A DNA stretch of 35,318 nt from Saprolegnia diclina VS20 (Eukaryota), in assembly GCF_000281045.1 (NCBI RefSeq), contig NW_008246073.1:630595-665912 (forward strand), in the 5' to 3' direction. A program made the position numbers and the translations under genes. The first letter of the stretch is position 1. The number at the start of each line of letters is the position of its first letter. This document shows, one piece after another, positions 22,053 to 35,318 of this stretch. A model generated the notes under the pieces. It ran no database searches. It saw only the letters and a program-made list of their open reading frames with translations, and had not been told where the DNA came from.

Positions 22053-22525
22053 GCGTCGCTATACAAACTCCAAGTTGTGGCCGATCAGTTTCACGTCGGC
22101 AAATCAGATGCCACTTGATGAGCCAATCATGCGCCCGCGACAAAAGTTTGCAACGCGAGCGGCAAAAATGTGGCCGTCGGCCAGCAGGGCGTCGGCGCCG
22201 ACGTCGGGGCAGACGCCGGCGCGACCGGCCCGCACAACCTATAACCCTACTCCAACGGCGTCCACCGTCATCGTTGTCGTCGTCGTCGGTGGCGCCGGCG
22301 TGGAAGGACCCGAGAAACGCATTCCAACGGTGGTAATATCGGCGCCCACCCAGACGTGCGCAACGTCTCTTACACTGTGCAGTGGTTTTCTTCCGTCCTT
22401 CTCCGTACGACAGTAGTATACAGTACTCGTGGGACCTTGTCAGTGTGTACATATCGTCGTGCGGGACGACGACAACACCATTGTACGCCAAAAAACACTC
22501 GAAATAGGATTAGGAAGCGAACCCG

Positions 22526-24544
22526 CTAGACGTCTGTAGCGGCTGGCGTGGCGGCTGGCGGCGGTAGTGCTGCCTGGGTGGCATCGAGGAGGCCGCGGAG
22601 CGTGGCGACGACGGAGATGGCCGTCGGACGCATGCACGGGTCCCAGTCCAAACAAGCCGCCACGAGTTGTTGGAAGGCGTCCGGTGCGCGCAGAAAGGTC
22701 TCGTGGTCTTCGTGCGGCATGGCGGTCGGGAGACGGCAGAGGATCTCGACGTCGCTGCCGACGTGCCCGAGCTTCTCGATCGCGCTCTGGTACGGGTGCT
22801 GGCGCGTCGCAATCGAGCTCAGAATGACGCCGAGGGCAAAGACGTCGGTCGCGTGGCCGCGCGGCGCGCCTTTGCTGAGCACTTCGGGCGCCTCGAACGC
22901 CAGCGTGCGACTGCCAAACGAAATGCCGACGGTGGCGTCGACGTGTTCGTAGTTGGCCATAAAGTCAAAGACGTTGAGCTTGCACACGAGCTGCGTGTTG
23001 ACGAGCACGTGGTGCGACGTGAGCGTCCAGAGCCGCGGGTGGTTGTCGTCGGTCGTATGCAAATATGCCACCGCGGACGCGACTTGCCAGGCGAGGCAGA
23101 GTTGCTGCGGCCACGTCAGCGGCAGGCTCGTCGTCTGCAGCACCTGCGCCAGCGACCCCATGCTCATGAGCTCGGCCACGACGCAGAGCTCAAAGTCGTT
23201 CATGCGGGCGATGCCGTACAGGCGGAGGATGTGCGGGTGCTTGAGCTGCGCGATCGCGTTGACGTCGGCGACGAACGTCTGGATCTTGGCGTCGCCGACC
23301 TCTTGCGCGTGCACGCGCTTCATGACGACCTCGCGGCCTTTGAACCGGCCGATCCACATGGAGCACTTGGCCGAGATGGGCAAAATCACCTTGATGTCTT
23401 TTGGCTGCAGAATCGGGAGTTTGTGCACCGTGTGGGCCTTGAGCGTCATGCCCCGGCTCGTCAAATGGAGGTGGCCCAGCGCACCGGCGTCCGGCGACGT
23501 CTGCGACTCATCGGTCGTCGTGCCTGGCGACGACATGAGCGACTTGGTCGAGCCAAACCCCCGAAACGACTCGGAGATGAGCTGGAACGGGCCGCGCGTC
23601 GACCCGAGGTTCCGGTCGGACGCCAAGTAGACGGGTTGGGCCATGATCGGCGTGTCGTCCGAGGGTCGCGTCGCGACAGCGGCACGGTACCGGCGCCGAA
23701 TGCAATAAAAGACGACCAAGAGCGCGGTAATGACCACCACGAGAATGATGACGAGGAGGGCGACGGACCCGCCGCTGCTGCGGCTGCCGGCCTCGTCGCT
23801 CGACAAGAGCTGTACGACGGTAGCCGCCATCGAGTCGCTGCACAACGGCGCAGTGGTGCAACTCCTGCACGCCAACGATGGACTGTCCATGACGCCGGAC
23901 GTCATCGCCGCGTCCAGACCGTAGCACTGGATCGTCGTCACGGGAAAGGACGTGGCGAGGCCAAACTGATTTCGTTGCAATGTCATGGACCTATCAGAAG
24001 TACAACATGTTCCGACGAGGTCGACATGATAGTTGGGCGTACTGGAGCTGGGCCGAGGCGGCAAGCAGCCATGCGGCAGGAAAGCTCGGGAGGCTGTTGT
24101 CTGTGAGGCTCAAAACACGGACCAACGGCGGCAGCGCCGTGAGTGTCGTGAGGTTGCAAGCAGCAACGGATCTACAGCGGCGCGCGTGACGAATCCAGCA
24201 GGCAAGAGCATGGACGTACAGATTGCGCAGTGCGGCGACAGGCCATTGCTCGAGGGCCACGGCGACGTCTCGGAGGGCTCTATGCCGGGATGAGTCGTCA
24301 TCGATGGAATGGCGGCTTCGTACAAGGCTTCAAGAGATGCAAACGGTCCCCAGCGTTGCATGTCGATGGTCGGCTTGGAGGCGGCTGCACCAGTGATCGA
24401 GCCGCGGATGACGGCTCCGTGCGCGAACGTAGCGCAGGCGCGGGTACCATCAGGAAGGGCGCAGCACCACGTCGCACTGTCCTGGGCGTCCATGGGGCGG
24501 CCGACGCAGAGGTCAGACCAGCGGCGCCAGTCGGCAGTCGTCAT
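22526..24544 (-). CDS. Receptor-like TKL pseudokinase 3
   Basis: LRR-like LSLTDNSLPSFP and TM VALLVIILVVVITALLVVFYCI. Kinase fold with FEAPE, DVFALGVIL and MRPTA. The start at 24544 (MTTADW) is inferred. Confidence 0.82.
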
Positions 24545-24767
24545 CGTCGTTCCTGGCGTGCTACCGGTAGTGGTTCCAGCTTGGCGCAGAACGCATGCAG
24601 CCCGCTGGGCCGAACCGTACGCACGGTCGCATCGCATGTCGCAGACTTCTGACAAAAGCGCTGCGTCTGATTGGCCTGTGCAGTGGCACGCGAGGCCATT
24701 GGTCAAAAGTCTATCGTCATTGGCACAAGATACGGTTAACAGTTGTAAATAGGCTAAATGCTGCAAC

Positions 24768-26985
24768 TTAGCCAAAGTTCTTGGAGAGGAGGAGCAGCTC
24801 GCGGCGCAGCTCTTCGGCGACCGAGACGGCCAGCGGCCGCTTGAGCACGTCGCGCTGGAGGCAGGAGAGCATGAGCGACCGGAACGGCTTGGGACACGAC
24901 TCGAACTCGACGTCGTCGCTAAACGGGTGCTCGTGGCTCTTGGCGTCGCGGTCGAGGATCGCCACGTCCGCGCGTACGTAGCCGAGCGTGTTGACATAGC
25001 GCTGGAACGGGCGCGTGCGCGTGACAATCTCGCCCATGACGACGCCGAGCGAATAGACGTCAGCCGTGCCACCTCGCGGGCAGTCGTGCATCAAGACCTA
25101 CCATGTACCGTAAGTACCGTACAGCTTCAGCACATCATTGAAGTTCCTACCTCGGGCGCTTCCCAAGCGATCGTGCCGTCGCCATAGACGCGGTGCACGG
25201 TCTCGTGCTGCTGGAAGTGGCGCATGTACTCGAAAATGTTGAGCTTGCACGTGAGCTGCGTGTTGACGAGGACGCTTCGGCTCGTCAAGCACTCGGTGCG
25301 CGCAAACTCGGCCTGGCTGTGCACGTACGCGAGACCTGACGCGACCTGGAAGCACATGCGCAGCGTGTCGGGCCACGCGATCTCGACGTCTGCGTTCATG
25401 AGGATGTGCGGGAGCGACCCGCAGTGCATAAACTCGGCGACCGCGCCGACCTCGTAGTCGCCGAGGCGGACAATGCCGTGGAGCGATACGAGCTGCGGGT
25501 GCACGAGCTGCGCGAGCTGGTTGACGTCCGAGACGAACGCCGCGACGTCCTCTTCCGAGACGATGCGGGCGTCAACGCGGCGCACGACGACGTTCTCGCC
25601 CTTGTACTGCCCGGCAAAAATGGTCGGACCCATCGCCTTGAGGATCCGGCACTCACCCGGCTGCAGAATCGGGACCTTGTCGACGTGGTGTGTGATGGGC
25701 ATGCGCGATGAGCGCATGGACGCCATCACTTTGAGATCGCGCTCGCTGCTCAAGTGCGACGAGAGCGAGTCGACGTGCTTGAGCGACCGGGGCGCGCCCG
25801 TGAGCAAGAGCGGGCGTGTGAACGCATGGCCCGACTGCGGCGAGAAGATCGTACCCGAGACAATCGTGGGACCGCCGGGGAGGTGCGACCGCAGCCGCTT
25901 GCGCCGGCGGTACAAGAAGAGCGCCGCCGCCGCCAAAAGCACGACAACGACGAGCATCGACGAGATGATCACCGTGCCAGAGTCGCCGCCCGAATCGCCG
26001 CCTGTCTTGGCGGTGGTTGAAGGAACACTGGGTGGTGGTGACGTGCCGGCTTCGGTCGGGCGATTCGGGCTCGTGCCGTTGGTTTGTGATGGCAGCGGTC
26101 GCAATGGTGCTGTGGTCACGGGTGCTGTGGTTGGCGTCGTCGTTGTCGTCGGCGCGACGGTGGTCGGCGGCGACGTCGTGGGTACCGGCAGCGCGCACGT
26201 GGCATTGGCGCCACCACAATTACACGAGAGCTTCTGCCCCGTGAGGTGCCCTGCGTCGATGGCTTTCTGAAGACTTGTGCACTCGTCGCCACTGAGCGCA
26301 AAGGTTGCGGGGAAATTGTTGCCGCCCACATCGAGTTGCCTACAGATAGTAAGACGACCGAGTACGACGTCGACAGTGTACTGGATCGACGCGTAGTTGC
26401 TGCGGAAGAGAAAGGCCGGGAACGTCGAGAGCGCATTTCCGTGGAGGTCCAGGACATTCAGCGACGCGATCGGAGGCGTCTCGATCGCGCTCAGGTCGGC
26501 ATCAATGACGCTCCTACGCCATTGTGCTTGAAAAATGAAGGACTCGGACAGGCAACCTACAGTTTTCGCATCACATCGTATTTGAACGTCGTGGGCGTGA
26601 TCGGGTCGGCTATCGAGACGCCGGCTATGTCTCTATTCGACATCGAATGAGCTTTGTTTGAGGAGCCGTCGTCGTACAGCCACGAGATGTGTTGGTAGCT
26701 GCTCCAGTGGTTGGCGAGGCGCGTCGTGGGCTTGGTGCTGGACCGTGCTGGGTCATAAAAGAGGTTGATCCGATTGGCGTTGAAGTTACTGTCGTAGTAG
26801 AGGCACTGCCGGACAGCGCTCGTGCTCGTCTCAAAGCAGCACGCCGAGCCCGCAGCTTCGTCATACCCAATGTCTGAAAACTGCCCGCAATGGGCGAGGA
26901 AGAGCCGGACGTCGTCGGTGACGCAGTCATTCTTGCCCTTCTCGCTGCACTCGAGGAAGGCTTTTTTGATCGGCTCGGGCGCCAT
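24768..26985 (-). CDS. Receptor-like TKL pseudokinase 4
   Basis: LRR-like LNVLDLHGNALSTFP, a Thr/Pro stalk and TM IISSMLVVVVLLAAAALFLY. Kinase fold with WEAPE, intron 25150..25098, then DVYSLGVVMGE and KRPLA. Confidence 0.82.
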
Positions 26986-27221
26986 CGTGCGATCGCGTCG
27001 ATAGACTGTTCTAATATCCAGGAATGACGACCGTGTGCCGGACACGCTCGGAACTGGCTGACGTCCCACCCTCGACGTCAATGGGTGGATTCGAGGCGTC
27101 GCGTCCATCTGCGTTCAAGCATCGTTCTTGGGAAGCGACAAGGCCAATGGGACCGCTGCACGCCGCGCCGCTTCAACGATATCGTGCTCACATTGCCTTT
27201 GGGCGCAGCCTTTGTACCGCG

Positions 27222-27266
27222 TTTAGCCAATCCGACGCACGCAAATCGACAGAGTAGCCAATCAGA
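27222..27266. promoter_or_regulatory. Tandem CCAAT boxes upstream of pseudokinase 4
   Basis: TTTAGCCAATC at 27222 and TAGCCAATCAGA at 27255, in intergenic DNA. Confidence 0.5.
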
Positions 27267-28064
27267 TGCTACACGCGGGTGCTGGAAAGGCGACTTGGAT
27301 TTGCAACAGCCTTGGGTACTTGTGCTGCTGAGGGCAGCGAGCATCGATCGACGTCGCCATCGAAAGATCGGTCGGCTGCGGTTGGCGAAGGAGCGGTACT
27401 AGTATGTCTTCATCGTCGCTCTCCGCTCGCGATTTTACATGTACTTGGTTGTCGGCATGATGGAACGTGCGCTTGTCGTTGCGCGCAACGGCGGGCGTGA
27501 CGCGGCCCGCCGTGTGAGATCGGGCCAAGGACATCCAGCGCGGCGTGTCGTTTCCAATTCGACGCACATCAAGTGGGTTCAAGAATTGGAGGCTTCTGCA
27601 TGATCAGGCGAGGCGACCGCGCAGCTTCTCGGCATCTTCGTCGCCTTTCTGGTGTCGGCCATGCACGCTTTCTCCACGTTCGATCGTCGTTGCCGCCAAA
27701 ATTGTGCTCTACAACCCGCGACACTATCGCCTGCGCGCATGGTTTCCGAGCGCACCGACGACACGCCCAGCGACGACCAGCACAGACCACCATCACCACC
27801 AGAAGCTACCTTGACGCCGCCAACACGCGCGCACGGCCCTACAACATCAAGGACATCAATGGCTCTATCATCGCGCGGATGTTCATAAGTATATCATCCC
27901 TGGCGCGAGTCCAATCCCGCGGGATCTTCTTCGGCCAGAGTCTGGCGTCAAGACGACGTTGATTGGGATCGGCTATGAAAACCAAAGTCGGCATCGTTCC
28001 CCAATTCGACTGTCGGTTATGTAAAATAGTCCACTCAGCCGGTGCAACGCCTCATTCGATCCCC

Positions 28065-29329
28065 ATGGCCACGTACGACGGCTTCGCCTTTGGCGGCCAT
28101 GTTCCGGTGGTCGCCGCCGTCGCCTTGCCATGCTCATGCGACTCTGGTTGCAACAATAGGCGCCGACGCCGACGGAGCTCTACTGCAATGACTGCCAGAT
28201 GCACGTCCACGCTGTGGCCGACGGTACCCATTGACGGAGGCACAGACGGTCATCATCGTGCCATGGCAGGCGACCACCGCTGCGATGTATGTGGCGCAAC
28301 GCTCCTGCGCCAAGCCACAGGAGGTGCCGCGGCCTCTGCGCTCGGCGACATCTCGGTGCTCATGAACCGCCTCCTCGAAGCATGGGGCATCGACCCGACA
28401 GCCGCGGGCGCAAACCAGCCTGCGACCGAGGAAGCGGGTGCGTCCATTTCTACGTGGGCCATAGGCACTACGACATGGCTCTCTGTAGTGGCCAAGCTCA
28501 GCACGTTTGCAGCGGGGCAAGCAGCGACAGCCGAGGTTGGCATGGTCGTCGACGGGATCAAAGGCGAGGTTGCACCCCTTCCGTCGTCTATTTGATACGA
28601 TCCATTGCTGCTAGGTCATCTTGGTTCCCGCCAACTTTGGTCCGTGCATCTCCTTGCCGTCGTCGAGCCTTGTCGTCGCATCGCCCATCAACGGCGCGTC
28701 GTCCTTGACCTGCGACGTCCACGGCAAGGTCGCGTGTCCAAACTCGCGCCTAGCGTTGCCACGTCATGTGTAGATTGTACTTATGGAGCGGGGTACGTGT
28801 ACGTTTGCCAACAAGATCCTTCGCGCGCAGACCGTGGGGGCGGTGGCCGTCATCATCGTGCAGACTGCTGACGTCTGGCCGTACACAATGACCGACTCGT
28901 CCGGCGAAGGCGCGGACATTACGATTCCGGCCTTTATGATCAGCGCCAAGCAAGGCAAAGGGTACTCTCCCTTCGGTGCACCATGTCGGCCCACACTGCG
29001 ATGCTTCTAGTCTCGTCGAGTACGTGGCCAGCCATGCGACGACAGCAACGATCGAGGTCCGACTCAACGCGCGCGAGTGCGTCATTTGCCAAGTCGAAGT
29101 CACCAACGGCAGTCAAGTGAGCCGCATGCCGTGTCAGGTACTAGTACTGCGATCGACTTGCAGCGACTGAGCGATGCTTTGTTAGCACATGTTTCACACC
29201 GACTGCCTCGCGCAGTGGCTGCAGATCCGCAACAGCTGTCCGATTTGCCGCGTCGAGATTGCGTCCAAGAACGGCCGGGCCAAGACTGACGCGGACCGGG
29301 ACTTTCTGTGGAGCGACTGGATGTCCTAA
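28065..29329 (+). CDS. Zinc-ribbon + PA domain + RING-H2 E3 ubiquitin ligase
   Basis: Spliced: LYCNDC..RCDVCG (zinc ribbon), IVLMERGTCTFANKILRAQTVGAVAVII..TIPAFMIS (PA domain) and CVICQ..MPCQHMFHTDCLAQWLQIRNSCPICR (RING-H2). Confidence 0.85.
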
Positions 29330-29355
29330 GGCACCGAGATGCATTGAACGGCCTC

Positions 29356-30245
29356 TTAAACGAGCTTCTTCTTGTGAAAGTACGTTTGCAAGTGGTGCAC
29401 CTGCCACACGCCGGTAATGACCAAAATGACAATCTACCAAGCTCGTCAAGCAAGGACAGCATGAACGGAAGTTGGATGTACCTGGATGACCGAGACCCAC
29501 ATGGCCCGCGCATTGTTGCTCTCGCTCGTCGAGCGAAACTTCTCGTCCTTCTCCTATGCGGTCGTGTCGTTCGAGGATGCAAGGCTAGCGAAGGCGTGTA
29601 CCTGCGCGTAGTCTTGCTGCTTTTGAATCGCACGGACGCGGTCGCGAAGCTTCATGACCTCGAGCTCGAGCTCGTTCATTTGCTCGCGCTTGGCCAAGTT
29701 GGCGTACTCTTCGTTGCTCGTGCCAAACTTGAGCTTGAGCGAGAAGCGCTGGAGCAATCAGGCATGAAAAGAAGCGTCGAGAAATATGGCAACGGTACCA
29801 TCTTGGTCGTGGCCGGCACGACGTACTTGTTGGTGTCGATGCTCACGCACGTCCAGTGGCCACCAGGCAGCGTCGATGTGAACGCGATCGAGCCCTTTGA
29901 GCCGAGCGTGTGTGTCACGGAGGGCACTTGGTTGGGCTCGTCGTCGCCGGTCGGCGATGGCCCATAGATCTTGATCTCGGTTTTCTACAGCAGACGCAAT
30001 CTGAGCGTTGCAAGCGCGTGCAAGAAACTACGAGCTGGTCGGTCGAGTCGGGCGACTCGTACTCGGCGCGGAACGTCGTCGCGTCCGGGATGTCGAGGAA
30101 GAAGCACCGGTGTTCCTACGCCCGCCACGTTCATCATTAAGGACCGTCGCCAGAGCAGCCATCGCACCTCGGGCGTCACGAAGAAGCGGGAGCCATGCGC
30201 CGACGCGACGAGGGCGGCGACGAGCACGACGAGCTGGCGAAGCAT
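29356..30245 (-). CDS. p24/emp24/TMED family (GOLD domain) cargo receptor
   Basis: Signal peptide MLRQLVVLVAALVASAHG, GOLD cysteines (RCFFLDIP; GSIAFTS..HWTC) and a coiled coil. The C-terminus reads FRSTSESNNARAMWVSVIQ..WQVHHLQTYFHKKKLV, with a dilysine tail. Confidence 0.92.
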
Positions 30246-30273
30246 GCTGGTCGGGAAATACGCACTGCGCCCG

Positions 30274-30285
30274 GATTGGCTAAAA
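30274..30285 (-). promoter_or_regulatory. CCAAT box upstream of the p24 gene
   Basis: TTTTAGCCAATC on the minus strand about 30 nt upstream of the ATG. Confidence 0.5.
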
Positions 30286-30589
30286 TGCTGCGATTTTCGC
30301 GGATCCTGGGGCCAACAGCTGGCGTGCAGACTTCGTGCTCTCGACATGCAACAGAGTTGGTTTGAGTCGACGGAAACAGTCCGATTGCCATTTTCAACCG
30401 ATTCGAGTAGCGTAGAATCGTTCTATCTGACGTTCGCGGCGAAGCAACCCTACCCCGAGCTTGACATATACCAGTGTGCATAATGAATAATAACGTCGTC
30501 CACGAGACTTTTGGCGAGAATATTGCGCAGCGACCTGTTCTGCGAGGCGGCACGCGTCAACGAGAGGGTATCTGCGATCTGACGATACG

Positions 30590-31235
30590 CATAACGCTGG
30601 GGTCTTGAACGTACACGCGCAAAAGGTGATTGGTTTCGATTCCAAACGGACACGACGGGAGGGCATCGGCCATTTGGGCCGACATGCTGTCCCGCAGATT
30701 AGTGAGCTCTTGCAGAAACTTGCCAACGCTGCCACCCTAGAGGCTGTAGCGCTCGTCGAATGTCGTCAAGAGCGCCAACTCTGTCGCGACAACCACGAGC
30801 GCCTCCTTGGCCCATGCCGGAACGACCAAGGTATGCTCGATTCTGCTGGATATTCATCCTCGACCCGATACCACCCCGACGCCAGCTCCCGACGCCGCCA
30901 GCAAGGCGCACGTGCAACATACTTACCCCATGTCGCGCCGCGTGCCATGTCACCTTGAGTGTATCCGTCGGCGGCCCAAATCAACTTGTCCTTCTTGCAC
31001 GTGACACGAAATTGACTCTCGAGCGCGGGAAGATCGTCACGCGCGCACCGCGTGTGTTTGATGACGTGGCAGCCGGAGAAGCGCACCGCAGCGTCATATA
31101 CCGACCCATTCTTCGTCGTGGCGCGCAAGAGCAAGATGTCGCAGCCACGTAACCGTGGTGAACCGCAACGTACGCGCAAAAGAGGACAAGGACCACCAAC
31201 TTGCCGACGCCCGCCGAGCCCACGAGCACCATGCT
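30590..31235 (-). pseudogene. Crinkler-like NTPase pseudogene, C-terminal fragment
   Basis: VLVGSAGVGKLVVLVLFCAYVAVHHGY, a frameshift, DAAVRFSGCHVIKHT..WAADGYTQ, another frameshift, then LVVPAWAKEAL..FDERYSL*GGSV. Collinear with paralog B but with a stop and frameshifts. Confidence 0.85.
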
Positions 31236-31239
31236 CCAA

Positions 31240-31540
31240 AGCCGCGCCTCCCGCGAACATCTGGTCCTACGCGCCGAGACGGAGCAAGGTCAGTGGTCCT
31301 TTGCATTGCTGTTTGTTCATTTTCCGCTCATTGCACCTTCTTGTAGCGCCTCCTCCCTTGACGTACTTCACCAAACCGATCGAAGAAAGCGTCGTCTTGC
31401 TGCAGACGACGTGCCTGACCTCCGCACCATTGGGAGCGGCGAGTACATCGACACCGCCATCCTCTCACGCCTCATCGTTCGCATGGAGATGAAGATGGCG
31501 TGGGATCTCATGCTGGCCAACAACTTTGGCGACGTCAACA
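31240..31540 (+). pseudogene. Crinkler-like pseudogene, upstream fragment in the opposite orientation
   Basis: Intron-like segment 31289..31346, then DVPDLRTIGSGEYIDTAILSRL-IVRMEMKMAWDLMLAN. This matches DAPDLCAIQAGATADTSALHRL..YVRKEMRMVWDLLLAN of paralog B with an internal deletion. Confidence 0.8.
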
Positions 31541-32149
31541 CGGGCGACGGCACAGCTGGGATGGCGCTCTGCGACTGTTGACCATACGCCCGCCGTCACC
31601 AGGAAGCACCGAGGGAAGTCAAATCGTCGCGCGCCGCACTTGCAACCTCGAGAGATTCCATCGGGCAGAAAGACATTCGACAGAGGATCGTCGTGTACGA
31701 TGGCGCCTGGTTATATGGCTTCCGGTGCTATGGGTGAAAACGACTGCTTCTGCGCCTTCTCCCAAGATTGAAAATGACGATCTTGAAGCCGTTGACGGCC
31801 TGTCCAAATTGGCCTCAATGACGACTTCGCACGATGCGGCACGGGTCGCCCCAAACGAAATAGATCAGCAACATTGCACAGATTGCTATTCTTTACTACA
31901 GTACTATTGCGCTCTTCTGTGTACGCTTGTCTTGAAGGTGTTTGGCAACCTTCCATCGCCGAGCTTGCTGTGATGAATCACAAGGTGTGGGAAAATGTTG
32001 TACGCTCGATTTGATTGGTCATAAATAAAATCATATAGCCTTTTCATTGGTACTCGTCTGGTCATTTTCGTCGTGTGGATGCTTTTGTCCAATATGGACG
32101 CGGCAGCCAAGTTTCGTATGGATGCGATGGCTTGAAGTTCGTATTGGGA

Positions 32150-32161
32150 TTTTAGCCAATC
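32150..32161 (+). promoter_or_regulatory. CCAAT box upstream of PEX6
   Basis: TTTTAGCCAATC about 50 nt upstream of ATG 32213. Confidence 0.5.
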
Positions 32162-32212
32162 ACAGGCGCGACGAGGATGTCTACGCTAACATTGGGATTT
32201 CTTCGAGCGACC

Positions 32213-35199
<2,987 letters not shown>

Positions 35200-35318
35200 G
35201 TTGTCATTGGTTGTTTGCGAATATAGTCGACTTTGGTCTGTCTCGGAGCACGACTCATGCAACGCCGCGACGATCCTTGTACACGAGATCCCCTATGCTC
35301 CGGAACCACAACAAGCCA

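Noticed and set aside
22667..24106. 479-aa plus-strand ORF
   Set aside because: Antisense shadow of pseudokinase 3.
24110..25072. 320-aa ORF apparently fusing pseudokinases 4 and 3
   Set aside because: The first half is an off-frame read of the gene 4 tail. Gene 4 has its own stop at 24768, and a CCAAT element at 24666 precedes gene 3.

Overview
This is a GC-rich, gene-dense eukaryotic window with many short (about 40-60 nt) GT-AG introns. Gene content and style suggest an oomycete, probably Saprolegniales (inference). From left to right it holds: a head-to-head pair of Crinkler-like (P-loop NTPase + restriction-endonuclease-fold) genes that share an unfamiliar ~230-aa N-terminal domain instead of the LFLAK header; a cNMP-binding protein; an atypical RBR E3 ligase; CFAP418/C8orf37; a membrane-anchored CAMK-like kinase; COA5/PET191; a cyclic-nucleotide-domain ion channel; a DNA ligase I-like gene; a tandem array of four receptor-like TKL pseudokinases; a zinc-ribbon/PA/RING-H2 ligase; a p24/TMED gene; a partly inverted pseudogene of the Crinkler-like family; and PEX6. 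The two most notable systems are the novel-header NTPase-REase family, whose three copies share a phase-1 intron at the domain junction, and the four-gene receptor pseudokinase array. All calls come from motif recognition by eye, and exon boundaries are approximate.
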